Source: Eledone cirrhosa
Lineage: Eukaryota
Direction: 5' to 3'
Length of the DNA: 64,000 nucleotides
Assembly (NCBI GenBank): GCA_964016885.1
Contig: OZ024741.1
Location: 68,324,001-68,388,000, forward strand
Below, piece by piece: positions 1-55,045 of the stretch (the stretch's first letter is position 1; every line of letters begins with the position of its first letter). The notes beneath the pieces were generated by a model. The model did no database searches and was not told where the DNA came from. It saw nothing but the letters and a program-made list of their open reading frames with translations. The position numbers and the translations under genes were made by a program.

Positions 1-476
1 ACATTTAGAAGACCATACGCTATCATATTTAAAGTAGTGACTATGTCACTTACTTCTTTTCGGTGAAAAGAAGTAAGTGACATAGTCCCTACTTTAATTA
101 AACATACGGTATATTGCCACATATATTATACATACATTCATGTATACATCGCTATTTCAGAGCACCAATCCTAATAACTAATTTTTGCTGGACAGGCAAT
201 CGCTCTGTATAATCAACTCCTGATTATTACTGGAATTCTATAAGAACCCAGCTTCTATAATTTTCGGCGGAAGCAGGGAGTACGTGGCTCTGATGATCGC
301 CAAACAGCGTGAAACAGACTGTTAGCTTCTCTCCCTTCTTTCACCGAAAAGAAGTAAGTGACATATTCACTACTTTAAAACTCATAGCGTATGGTCTTCT
401 AAATGTTTTTAATTAAACATACGGTATATTGCCAAATATACTATACATAGTATATTTCAGAGCACCAATCTTAATA
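1..476 (+). mobile_element. Non-coding hammerhead-bearing repeat, family A (inverted part plus ~315-nt tandem unit)
   Basis: 1-69 is the reverse complement of ~338-406; aattaaacatacggtatattgcca recurs at 96 and 411; ends in (TA)n; homologous to 40432-40920. Confidence 0.75.
286..327 (+). ncRNA. Minimal type I hammerhead ribozyme motif
   Basis: ggct CTGATGA tcgc-caaaca-gcgt GAAAC agact GTT agct. Confidence 0.75.
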
Positions 477-628
477 TATTATATATATATATATATAATA
501 TATTAAGATTGGTGCTCTGAACTCAAATCCCGCCGAGGTTAACTTTGCCTTTCATCCTTACGGGGTCGATAAAATAAAGTACCAGTAATGCACTGGGTAA
601 TTGCTGGCCTTGTATCAAAAGTAGAAAC

Positions 629-689
<61 letters not shown>

Positions 690-1062
690 CAATTGAATAC
701 AGCATTTAATAGATTGAAGAAAGGAAAGTGAACTAAACCCAACTCACTGGTTTATTAATTCTTATATTTTCTTTCCGCTCTACGAATTCCTTAATGTTGG
801 GGCTTGATCTCATAATGTAAATTTGTAGCAACATATAGAACAATGCTCCACGTTTACATTAAGGGTTTATAGGTAATTAAACAAACCCAGAAGGGGCAAG
901 GTACTAACTTCCTGTCTCTGTTATAATGAAAATCTTTGAAATCTGATATAAATTTCCAACAGAAATAATTTTCCTTTTTTTTTTTTTTTTGTTCATCAAA
1001 ATTTACATTCGTTAATTTTAATTAATTCAATATTTTCCCAGTCATACATTTTACATATTCTT

Positions 1063-42014
<40,952 letters not shown>

Positions 42015-42404
42015 CTGTAGAAAAGATGGAATAGAAATCATATATTATTATGCTGGTGCATAAAGAGTATATATATATATATATAATTGGTGTTAAAGCG
42101 TCCGTATGCGGTAGGCCGTATGAGCACTCGATGCTCTCATAGAGCAGAGTATGATATCGATCGTGTCTCAAGCTTGTCGCCAGAGAAACGATTGTAATAT
42201 GTCCAATAAATTCCATTCGTCTCAACACTTATTCTCTTTTTTCTGTGATATATATATATATAAGGAAAAGAGTTAGGACCCCGACAGCTGAGCTCCGGCC
42301 GTTTCGACAACTAGATCCGAACGTTCGGATTACGCATTCTACTACACTAAGTATCGATTACTCTGGTACGTTATGGTCCACCTGCTATCTTACCACACCT
42401 CCTT

Positions 42405-42508
<104 letters not shown>

Positions 42509-42539
42509 GTATATGTGTGTGTATATATATATATATGTA

Positions 42540-45500
42540 TTTATAACATACACAAAAGTCAACGAACTTTACAGACAGAAACGCATTAACGGTAAGGAAG
42601 TCCGAAATCTCACCACGCCAAACGAGAGAGATAACTTCATGAGCGTCATCCGACGTGAAACGAAATACGCCCGAAACGAATGCAATAGGCACTTCAATAA
42701 GAAATTAGAATGGATGAATAAGAAAAAACTACTAGAAAGGAAAATAGAATATTCTCAAAAATACCCAGATAAATTCAACGATATCCGCATGACTGATGTA
42801 AAACTACCGGAAGAATTTACCAATGACCACACAGTAAATATTTATGGGAACACTTTAATCAGTGAACAAGAACAACAAATCCTGCAGCTACCACCAAAAT
42901 TTGCCATCTACAAAAAGATTAACCCTATGGAGTGCAAAATGGAGCTGGAAAAGTGTTTCACAAAAATACGTTGGAATGCAAAGGTAAACAACAACAACAA
43001 TAATAACGGTAGTAGTAATATAAACAATAACTTTGAGTATAGAAATAACAGCCATAACAATAACAATAGCAGAAAAGTGAGAAATAGTAATAATGGTAAT
43101 AATACTAACGATAGACAGAACAACAACAATCACAATAATAATAATAATAGAAACATTAACCACAGACACCGCAGCAGCGACCACAGTAGTAATGACGGTA
43201 ACAATACGAACAACAACAATAACCACAGTGGTAATAATGGAAATAATACATGTAGCAACATTAATGATAGACACAACAAAAACAAGAAACATAATAAAAG
43301 TAACAACCACAATGGTAGAAATAACAGTAACAACAACAATAACGGTGAAGTAAACAACAATACATCTAGCAATCATAACAATAATAATAATGCTAATGAT
43401 AGGAACAACAACAACCACCATGATGACAATAATAGCAACACACACAACTATGACGATAGATATAATGACAACCCCTTAGAGAAACTATTTTTCAACCCAG
43501 CTGACAAAACATATAAGATGGGTAATATCTATCCTACGAGGTTACCCTTTAATAAAAGAGTTTGCATACCACAACAAATAGATGACGAGACAGAGGCACA
43601 GTTCACCTTAGCTAGAAATAAGATTAGACAAATAGTAGACCGGTATACTGAGAGACAGAGCAGACCAGAGGCCCAACAACTTGGGAGGAAACCTGTAGAA
43701 GGCTTGGTTAGCCTCAAGCAGCGCACAAGGGATGATGAGGTAGTATGTCTACCCACGGATAAGTCTGGTAGGATGTCAATAGATAGCATGCCGAACTACA
43801 TCAAGGCTATGCAACCCCACATCACCAACACGAGCGAAATTGCACAACAAACACACGATGGGAGAGAGAAAATCCTCAACGCTCACATGATGATGTGGAC
43901 TGACATCCTAAAGCCAAGCAGACGCACTGCCAACAACTTCCAGGCGTCTAACAATGGCATACCACCCTTGTATGGGCTCCGCAAAGACCACAAGACAGTC
44001 GATGACACGACAACAGGACCACCAACAAGACCCGTATGCGGAGCTAATATAGCTAGTAACTACAGGATCTCCTACTTCCTCTCAATGGTTATGCGCCCCA
44101 TAATCAAGATGTCCCCGGATGTATGTGACAGTACAGAGGACCTCCTCAGCAGAATCAGTGAGTGCAACAAAAACAGGAACCTATCCAACTGCATAATAGG
44201 CAGCATGGATGTGGTGTCACTGTACCCATTCATTAACATTGATTTTGCTGTGAAAAAATGTGTGGAGATGATCATTGAGAGTGATGTGGAGTTCTGCGAC
44301 GTCGACACAGACGAACTGGGCCTCCTACTTAGACTTACCTACGACACTGACTACCTAGACAGCCATCACCTTAGACGTTTCTTCCCTAGTAGACCTATAA
44401 GAGGTAGACCCCCCACCATAACCACAATGGCAAAAAAGACTCCCATGGGAAGGTGGATTGGGTGGACCAAAGCTATACGGACCCCCCAAAACAATGATCA
44501 GGTAAGAAAAATGGTTGCACATGCAATAGGGGCTAGTATCAAAACTACCCTCAAGGGCCACATATTCAAGTTCAACGAGAAGATCTACACCCAAAATGAA
44601 GGAGCAGCCATTGGCGTCAGCATAGCTGGTGATGTTGCCAACCTTTTCATGGTATGGTGGGAAAGGAGACTTAAAGATCTCCTTAGTGAGAGCTCCATAG
44701 ACCTCATCATGTACTCTCGTTATGTAGACGATATCAATATAGTTATAAGAACATCCCCACTAGAAAGCACTAACAAGTTTGATTTAGAACGTAGCACAAT
44801 GGAAAGCATCCAGCAGATAGCTAATTCCATACACCAGAGTATAACTGTAACTATCGACTTCCCTTCCAAACACCCTAACAATAGACTACCTGTATTAGAC
44901 ACAGAACTCTGGATTAACACTATAGACGAGAGAGCCCAAATTCTCCACTCACACTATGCTAAACCCATGGCCTCCAAATACCTGATACTCAAAAACTCAG
45001 CAATGTCCAGTAGTGCTAAGTTTAATATTCTGATCGCAGATTTGGTACGAGTGATGAAGAATGTGTCCCGCATGTGCGACCCAACAGAAATGGAAAGACA
45101 CATCCAACACTTCATCAACCGCATGCAGTTCTCTGGCTACAACCAAAGAGACAGAGTCAGAGTATACGAAGGAGCCATGGAGAAGTATAAGACCCTCATA
45201 GAACTGGACATGAAAGGAATTTGCCCATTATACAGGAGCAAATCATGGAATAGCTTAGATAGGGCTAGACATAAGATAGGGAAGGCCACATCATGGTACG
45301 ACAACCAGAGATATCAGAGTGTCATGTTTGTGGACGCTAACCCTGGAGGGAAATTAGCTAACCAGTGTAGAAAGGCCCTGAGAAAGACCCACTTAAAAAT
45401 GAAGGTGGTAGAAAAGCCAGGAACCACCATAAAATCCCTGATCAGCAAAACCTACCCTTTTAAGAAAACCCACTGTACCAATAGGAAATGTATCATATGT

Positions 45501-45877
45501 AAGGTAAACCCCGGATAAACTGTAAAACTAGAAACGTAGTCTATAGCATAAGATGTACAGAGGGTACCTGCAGAAACATGACAACAACATACATAGGTGA
45601 GACAGCTCGTAGCATAGGTGAAAGGATAGACCAGCACTGGGGGGAACTAAAAGGACGAAAAAACGGGTCAGTACTATACAAACATGCCAGACAACATCAT
45701 GACGGTAACATAGACAACATAGAACTTAGAATAATATCTAAACATAGAAATGACCCAGCAGATAGGCAAATCAGAGAGGCCAGTGAAATAGAACTTAGAA
45801 GACCAAGACTAAACAGAAAGAATGAATGGAATAACAACAACACCCAAACAAACAACACTGACCTAAGAGAAGTATAA
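42540..45877 (+). pseudogene. PLE RT-endonuclease ORF with one frameshift near 45514
   Basis: ORF ending at 45518 continues in another frame as INCKTRNVVYSIRC into ORF 45578-45877; the predicted start at 42471 lies in a microsatellite. Confidence 0.88.
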
Positions 45878-46011
45878 ATAAGTAAATAAAATAAAATAAA
45901 ATAAATAAATAAATAAATAAATACATACACAAGCACAATAACAACAAACACATAAGTGTGTTCTGTTATTAATTCTGGCAATATTACACAAATATGACCC
46001 TCCCCAAGTAT

Positions 46012-46015
<4 letters not shown>
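42540..46015 (+). mobile_element. 5'-truncated Penelope-like element (Neptune/Nematis-type; RT plus C-terminal GIY-YIG)
   Basis: TDKSG, LYGLRKDHK, PPTRPV, SMDVVSLYP, GAAIG, RYVDDI, LPVLD; Cys linker CTNRKCIIC...C; VVY...YIGETARSIGERIDQH; flanked by (TA)n. Confidence 0.92.
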
Positions 46016-46072
<57 letters not shown>

Positions 46073-46079
<7 letters not shown>

Positions 46080-46461
46080 AAAAAAAGATGAAATCGAAAA
46101 TGCAACTGGAGTCTTTTTTTTTTTTTTTTTTTAAATATATATATTTATTTGGTTCCTTTTCCGGTTTCGCAGTTCTTCTGCTTTTCAAAAGTAGAGTTGA
46201 GATGGAGGATCTGTGGTTTTTCTCACATCTGTGAGAAAAACCACAGACCCTCCATCTCAACTCTACTTTTGAAAAGCAGAAGAACTGCGAAACCGGTAAA
46301 GGAACCAAATAAATATATATATATTTTTTTTTTAATTAAAAAAAGAAAAAAAAAATAAGACTCCAGTTGCATTTTCGATTTCATCTTTTTTTCTTTATAC
46401 TTTCACTCGTGTAGGACACCTCGGTTATTTTTCATTTTGTAAAAAAATCCTCACTTTCTAA
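46073..46461. repeat. Fold-back palindrome of the U3-A8 hammerhead family (arms ~155-170 bp, 2-nt loop at 46228-46229)
   Basis: Right arm matches 32080-32283; left arm has the cleavage triplet mutated. Confidence 0.88.
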
Positions 46462-46511
46462 TATATATATATATTTTTATTTATTCCTCATTTGTTTATT
46501 TATTACATATC

Positions 46512-46597
<86 letters not shown>

Positions 46598-46886
46598 CGT
46601 GCTTGCGCACCCGTGCGCATGTGTGTTTGTGTCTCCGTGTCTGAGTTTATGTTTGCAACGTTGCAGATTGGAAAAGAAAAAACAAAAAAAAATTACGAAA
46701 AAATATATATTAGACATAACACAAGCTGTACGGGTGTTGGTAGGAAGGGCTAACAGGAAAGACTAACCTATAAAAATATACAAGAATAAAAGAACACACT
46801 CACATATATATATTAATACATTTATATTTAAACATACATACATATTTATATGAGTGTGTGTGTATATATATATATATATGACTGTC

Positions 46887-47794
<908 letters not shown>

Positions 47795-47962
47795 AGTATA
47801 TTTACCAACATATGCGTACAGATGTACACTAATGCTAGCAAATACATAAGTTATGTCATAGTACCTAGGTGGTTCTATGCAGGGGATGCAGAACAATTAT
47901 ATGAAAGACGTAAAATAAGAAAATTTTAAAAATTAAAAATTAACTTACTTACTAAAATTTTC

Positions 47963-48044
47963 ACTCCAACTAATTAGTTTCTGTAATGGGATAAATATAG
48001 TTACGCAATGTAACTATCGAGAATTCATTACGTCATCAGGGGGT
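47963..48044 (-). ncRNA. Hammerhead motif with branched stem-II loop
   Basis: cccc CTGATGA c gtaatg...(atagttac/gtaactat hairpin)...cattac a GAAAC taatta GTT ggag. Confidence 0.7.
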
Positions 48045-48241
48045 CTATTCTCAGCTAAATCCCCAGGCAATGCGCGGACACTAGGAACTCATATAAAAAT
48101 AATAATTCGGTGGATGGAACAGCTAGCGGGGACTAAATTCCATAGCACTGAAAAAGTTCACTGACTCTGGTCAAGTGGCAGATTCTAAAGAATCAATCAC
48201 GTGACACTGAGGCTAGTCAGTAGGAGTGGGGTGGTATTATG

Positions 48242-48306
<65 letters not shown>

Positions 48307-48416
48307 GTAATAAAATGAAAACGAAATTTCATTTTTCACTCTTATTACGGCAGTTACTTAAATGTAAGTATGTATGTATACGTACATACATATATGTATA
48401 CAGACGTACAGTAGCA

Positions 48417-48462
<46 letters not shown>

Positions 48463-48612
48463 CAGGTACACATACATATATGTACGCATCAGTTAAGTGG
48501 ACGCTTATTATAACGCCCGCTTTGTTCGATATGCAAATTAGGCTGCTCAGCCGTTAATTTTCATAAGGAAAGTATATACTTTCGAACGTTCAACTATCTG
48601 GCAGATGTGTAT

Positions 48613-48655
48613 ACGGTGCTGATGATAGCTAACAAGCTTGAAACTAGTACATCGT
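48613..48655 (+). ncRNA. Minimal type I hammerhead ribozyme motif
   Basis: acggtg CTGATGA t agct-aaca-agct t GAAAC ta GTA catcgt; palindromic stem III actagt. Confidence 0.85.
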
Positions 48656-48806
48656 TCCTGTGTCAGTGTTGAACAAAAAGGTGACGTGGCTGCCTTAACA
48701 CCGTGCGGCATAAATTCAGGCTGTTCAGTTTGTTTACAAACGAACAAAGCGGGCGCTATAATAAGCGTCCGCTAAACTGATGCGTACATATATGTATGTG
48801 TACCTG

Positions 48807-48844
<38 letters not shown>

Positions 48845-49080
48845 TGCTACTGTACGTCTGTATACATATATGTATGTACGTATACATACATACTTACATT
48901 TAAGTAAGTGCCGTACTAAGAGTGAGAAATGAAATTTCGTTTTCATTTTATTACAACTCATCGTTTTCGGTGCGCCTGACCGATTTAACTCACTCGATAT
49001 GCAAATTAGGCTGCTCAGCCGTTAATTTTCATAAGGAAAGTATATACTTTCGAACGTTCAACTATCTGGCAGATGGGTAT

Positions 49081-49123
49081 ACGGTGCTGATGATAGCTAA
49101 CAAGCTTGAAACTAGTACATCGT
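49081..49123 (+). ncRNA. Minimal type I hammerhead ribozyme motif (tandem copy)
   Basis: Identical to 48613-48655. Confidence 0.85.
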
Positions 49124-49276
49124 TCCTGTGTCATTGTTGAACAAAAAGGTGACGTGGTTGCCTTAACACCGTGCGGCATAAATTCAGGCTGTTCAGTTTG
49201 TTTACAAACGAACAAAGCGGGCGCTATAATAAGCGTCCGCTAAACTGATGCGTACATATATGTATGTGTACCTGTA

Positions 49277-49312
<36 letters not shown>

Positions 49313-49518
49313 TGCTACTGTACGTCTGTATACATATATGTATGTACGGATACATACATACTTACATTTAAGTAAGTGCCGTACTAAGAGTGAGAAATGA
49401 AATTTCGTTTTCATTTTATTACAACTCATCGTTTTCGGTGCGCCTGACCGATTTAACTCACTTGATATGCCAATTAGGCTGTATACATATATGTATGTAC
49501 GTATACATACATACTTAC

Positions 49519-49582
<64 letters not shown>

Positions 49583-49837
49583 TCATATAAATATGTATGT
49601 ATGTTTAAATATAAATGTATTAATATATATATGTGAGTGTGTTCTTTTATTCTTGTATATTTTTATAGGTTAGTCTTTCATGTTAGCCCTTCCTACCAAC
49701 ACCCGTACAGCTTGTGTTATGTCTAATATATATTTTATCGTAATTTTTTTTTTTTTTTTTTTCAATCTGCAACGTTGCAAACATAAACTCAGACACGGAA
49801 ACACAAACACACATGCGCACAGGTGCGCAAGCACACA

Positions 49838-49937
<100 letters not shown>

Positions 49938-50096
49938 AAGATATGTAATAAATAAACAAATGAGGAACAAATAAAAACCAACCACACATATGTAACGACA
50001 AAAGTAGTTAATGTGAACGTCAGAGAATCTTTCACGAATGAGCTGTCATTCAACTAAACAAGCAACCGACCGGGAAAGTATAATGCGTATTAAAAA

Positions 50097-50140
<44 letters not shown>

Positions 50141-50142
<2 letters not shown>

Positions 50143-51322
50143 TAGCAGTGGTACCCGGCGTTGCACGGGATAATCCCGAAAACTCGAGAAGTACGCGACC
50201 GATTTGTTTCAAACTTTACACATGCATTACTTATATGTTTTGAAGTTCAATGGGATAAAAAAATTTTAATTTTTTCTGCCCTATGGCCTGCATTAGGCGA
50301 AAACCCGCATTTTAAAGGCATTTTTAGGCTTTTTTGAGGCGTAACTTAAAGATAATCCAGCCGATGTCCTCGAAATTTGCAGCACGCATTAGTTAGTCTG
50401 CTCGCATTGCTGTAGACAAAAAAATGTCCGATTCCATTAATCGTTTCTAGGAAATTTACGAATTAGCATTGGGCATTACATGCCATTTTCATTTTCAATA
50501 TAAACGCTACTTAACAATCGTAAGTAGTGTATAATATTTTGTTACAAATTTGGTTTATTTATCAGAGGACACAACACCTACTTACTTTTAAGAAGGGCCA
50601 TTTTGGGGGGATTGAGGAAATGAGGAGGACCTTGAAATTTTTGTCGCCGCCCTGTTGACGCTTCGTGCTTTCATCACGTGCACTGTGTACGCTGCCGTGT
50701 TATTGACACCGTAAAACTCACGTCTGTGGTACTTCTACTTTTGTTGCACCTACACCGCAGTATGAACGCCCTGCGCAAGGACGCCGAACAGCGGCTGGGC
50801 TAATTCCGCAGTGACCCCCACTTGAAATTGTTGATGGCGACCCCAATAGTAACTCCGAGGCGTTCGGCATCCGATATAACAGTTCGGTCTATATCAGATT
50901 GGATAGTTTACAAAAAGGCTATGGCCTCCTGTGGAGAAAGCCCAACATGCTGTGTGGTTGCATGACATGTAGCATTGCAGGCTTTACTCTGTACACTATG
51001 CATGCAGGTGCATTAGACATGATTGGGTGCGAATCTATAAAACTCGAAAAGTACCTAACCGATTTTCTCCAAATGGAAGAAAAATCATACTCTAAGATTT
51101 AGTACGCTTAAAGAGTATCCAGCTGATTTTCTTCAGATTTTGCACATGCATGCAGATGTTTCATGATTCGGGCCTGCTGGTATGCTACGTTTCATGTAGA
51201 TGAACAATCATTCCCTGAGAATAAGGGAATTCAAAAAGTACACAGCTACATTCCTCAATCTTTGCATATGCGTGTTTCTATTTCACGTTTCCTACCCCGT
51301 TCAACGCCGGGTCCTGCTGCTA

Positions 51323-51324
<2 letters not shown>
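50141..51324. mobile_element. 1.18-kb element in (TA)n with inverted Helitron-like 3' ends
   Basis: 29-bp inverted termini (25/29 match), each a GC hairpin followed by CTAGT. Confidence 0.7.
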
Positions 51325-51366
<42 letters not shown>

Positions 51367-51643
51367 CAAGGGAGATGAAAAAAACTTACCTCTTAATTTT
51401 AAATCTTTAATTTTTAGTTTGTAATTCTTATTAATTCTTTTTAATTGTAATACTCAACAGATGAATTTTAATAATACATCGAAACCGGTAATATTTTATA
51501 TACTTTATATACATTATAAAACTCTTTTTTAAAAGAATTGTCCCTCTCATTTTTTTTCAATAATGTCACTTTGACGAATCAAAGAAAGGGAAAAAAGAAA
51601 AACAAACCCTAAAATATATTTTCCGTGCTATTTCCAACTTCAC

Positions 51644-51692
<49 letters not shown>

Positions 51693-51899
51693 ATTGATAT
51701 GTATATCCTCAAAGCCGGAAGGGAATCATTCTGTCATTACCATAACAGAAGTCCGATGAACTTTTGATTCTAGAGTCGGGCCCGATTGATACAGATCAAG
51801 CTTTGAGCCGATCAATCACAAAACGCGTGTCGTGTCACACCTCAATAAATCTAATGAAGATCTAACACCTCATCTTTTTTTTATTATCAATATATATAT

Positions 51900-54543
51900 A
51901 TAGTGAAAGAGTGAAGACTAACATGGTCAACAGTACAAAAAGGGTTTTATTTACAGTATTAACAATTGTTTCATTGATTAAGGTGTCTAAAAATTGCTAA
52001 TCACTTGAAGTTGTGTCACTCAATTGTAAATAATCAAATCATCGGAATAACTGATTAAAATTATACACGGCGTTTGTAATATACTGGGAAAATTCAAATC
52101 ACAACATCAGTAAGAAAGAAAGAAAAAGAACGAAAGAAAAAAGAAAAAGAGAGAGAAAAAGAAAAAAGAAAAAAGAAAAAAGAAAAAGAAAAAATAATAA
52201 ATAAATAATAATAAATAAGTTAGAATGAAGATGGTAAAAAAATAAGTAAAAAAATATATATATGTGTGAAAAAAAATGAACATAATATGATTGTTGAAAA
52301 TAGTTGCGGTGGTGGTGGTTAAAGTTATAGTGGTGTGTAAGTATAAAGATGTGATGGTATAAATATGAAAATTTTAAATATATACATATATTGGTTAAAT
52401 TACAGAGGGTTATATTAGGAAGAAATAATGCAATGATAAATAAAGGATAAATTAATAAATTTGAAGTTATGTGAGAGGTGAAGAGAACATGATAGGATAT
52501 AAAGGAAGAGGTGAAATAGTTTTAGGGAAAGAGAGTGAAAGAAAGAAAGGTTAGGAGGTAATGATGTTGATTTAGTGATTAGTTGGTCTATTGACAGTTA
52601 ATAATAGTGGGTTATTATGATAGACTCTAAGTCGTTCAGTTTGAATTATGGGATTGTTGGATCGACTCATGTTGGTTTGAAATTTGCGAATTTAGTAGCT
52701 GCTTTATGCCTACAGAAAATTGATCATTCTATTTTGCTGTTAAGCAGCATTTTGTCATACTTTAAAATATGGAACAGCTCCATATTGCAAAGTCCGCAGT
52801 GGACATTCCAGAGCGACTCAGCTCAAGTAACAGACATAGTTGGAATATATATAGCACATATCTTACATAAGGAATTTAATAACCTCCAAGGAGGAATTTA
52901 TAGAGACTATACACTCCTTTTAGCTAAAAACTTAAATAATCAAAATTTGGAAAGATTACGTAAAAACATTAGAATCTTCTTCAATAAACTAGGCTTAGGC
53001 ATCACTTTCGAACTTAATTCTAAAAAAGCTAACTTCTTAGATGTAACACTCGACCTAAACACAAGACTAATAGAGCCCTTCCATAAAAATAACGAAAATC
53101 TAGCATACATTAGTTATAACTGAAACCACCTTCGCTCCATAATTAGCTCCATAGCACATAGTGTATCCCTCAGAATTTCACGCTTATCTTCTAACCCAGA
53201 GATTTTTAATGAACACGCGAACTACTACAACATAGCTTTACTTAAGGCAGGCCACAAGGAGAGGCTCAAATACATACCAGATAGAGACAACAACAACACA
53301 CCTAACGACAGCTACACTACCCACACCTATAGAAATAGCAAATATAGGACTAAACATAGAAATCGACAACGAGCAACAGAAATAACTGAACCGAATACTA
53401 ATATAAGGACCCGTAGAAAGTATAGAAAATCCAGAGATAGGGAATACTTATGGTTCAATCCAATATTTAACTCCTCTATAAAAACCAAACTACCTTCTAC
53501 ATTCTTTAAACTAATTGACAAAAACTTCCCTAAACTTCACAAATACCATAAAATCTTTAATAGAAAAACTATCAAACTGTCTTACGCCACTGCAGCCAAC
53601 ATAGAATCACACATACATAAAATTAACTATAGAAGAATCTCTAATTAAAATAACATACAAACAAACACCATAACACCAAATACAAAACACAAACACATAA
53701 CAACATCACAACCAACCACACACACGTCAGAACGCATCACAACAAAACATCAACAAACCCAAATCTCAGCCCATACATAACAACATACAAAACCGCATCG
53801 AAGAACCGGCACAAAGGAAAACCTCTAAATGTAACTGTCACTTATCGGATAAGTGCCCACTACAAAATAGATGATTGGAGTCAAATATAGTGTACCTGTG
53901 TACTATAAATTCGGGCATCTTAGCACGGGACTACATAGATTCTACGGTTGGGGAGTTAAAAAAAAGATGGTACGTTCACAGACATTCTATAAAGAACAGT
54001 AGACTAGTGAATACAACAACGCTCGCCAATAAAATCTGGCAGCATAATAATTGTTTCTACTTTTTGGCACAAGGTCAGCAATTACCCAGTGTATTACTGG
54101 TACTTTATTTTATCGACCCCGTAAGGATGAAAGGCAAAGTTAACCTCGGCGCGATTTGAACTCAGAATGGCAAGGGCCGTAACTCTATGCGTCAAAGCAT
54201 GGCGAATATTAACCAAGAATACAGGATTAGCTGGTCGAAATTATCGGGAGTAAAAGCCTACAGTAATGGAATGTCACACTGCGGACTTTGCAATATGGAG
54301 CTGTTCCATATTTTAAAGTATGACAAAATGCTGCTTAACGATCAATTTTCTGTAGGCTTATATTTATACCATCACATCTTTATACTTACACTCCACTATA
54401 ACTTTAACCACCACCAACACCACCACAACTATTTTCAACAATCATATTATGATCATTTTTTTCATACATATATATTTTTTTAAACTTATTTTTTACCATC
54501 TTCATTCTAACTTATTTATTTATTATTATTTCTTTTTCTTTTT

Positions 54544-54602
<59 letters not shown>

Positions 54603-54985
54603 TACTGATGTTGCGGTTTGAATTTTCCTAGTATATTACAAACGCCGTGTATAATTTTAATCAGTTATTCCGATGATTTGATTAGGCATGCATGTATTTA
54701 AAATTGAGTGACACAACTTCAAGTGATTAGCAATTTTTAGACACCTTAATCAATGAAACAATTGTTAATACTGTAAATAAAACCCTTTTTGTACTGATGA
54801 CCATGTTATTCTTCACTATTTCACTATTATTACTCCAATATTAACCTGCAAAGGAATTCCCGTGAACTCGCTACCTAACTAAGGAAACCTCTTGTTGAGT
54901 CAAACAACGCCGTAAATTAAAACTATCCACAATACAGTGTACTCACAACCTCTAACTGGATTACCTATAACGATAATTTATTATC

Positions 54986-54990
<5 letters not shown>
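51900..54990 (+). mobile_element. Decayed, 5'-truncated Hydra-type PLE with inverted 3' copy
   Basis: SDSAQVTDIVG, YRDY, NFLDVTL, CNC..CPL, IVY...YID, CGLC; 51902-52809 is an inverted copy of the 3' region; SINE inserted at 54045-54205. Confidence 0.85.
54662..54773 (+). ncRNA. Hammerhead motif, CCGAUGA core, 62-nt stem-II loop (inverted copy 51954-52053, -)
   Basis: cagttatt CCGATGA t ttgatta...taatcaa t GAAAC aatt GTT aatactg. Confidence 0.75.

Positions 54991-55045
<55 letters not shown>

Larger units (their letters stand above)
48303..49520 (+). mobile_element. Family B array: inverted partial unit plus ~2 tandem 468-nt units
   Basis: 48303-48520 is the reverse complement of ~48745-48958; identical hammerheads 468 nt apart. 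Confidence 0.88.

Noticed and set aside
51450-51835. Further hammerhead candidates (ctcaaca gatg...catc gaaaccggta; ccgatga...aaacgcgtgtc)
   Set aside because: Core or stems are too degenerate to call.
53115-53135. In-frame TGA in a PLE fragment as selenocysteine
   Set aside because: It aligns to Ser (SNHP) in the intact relative, not Cys, and the element is otherwise decayed.
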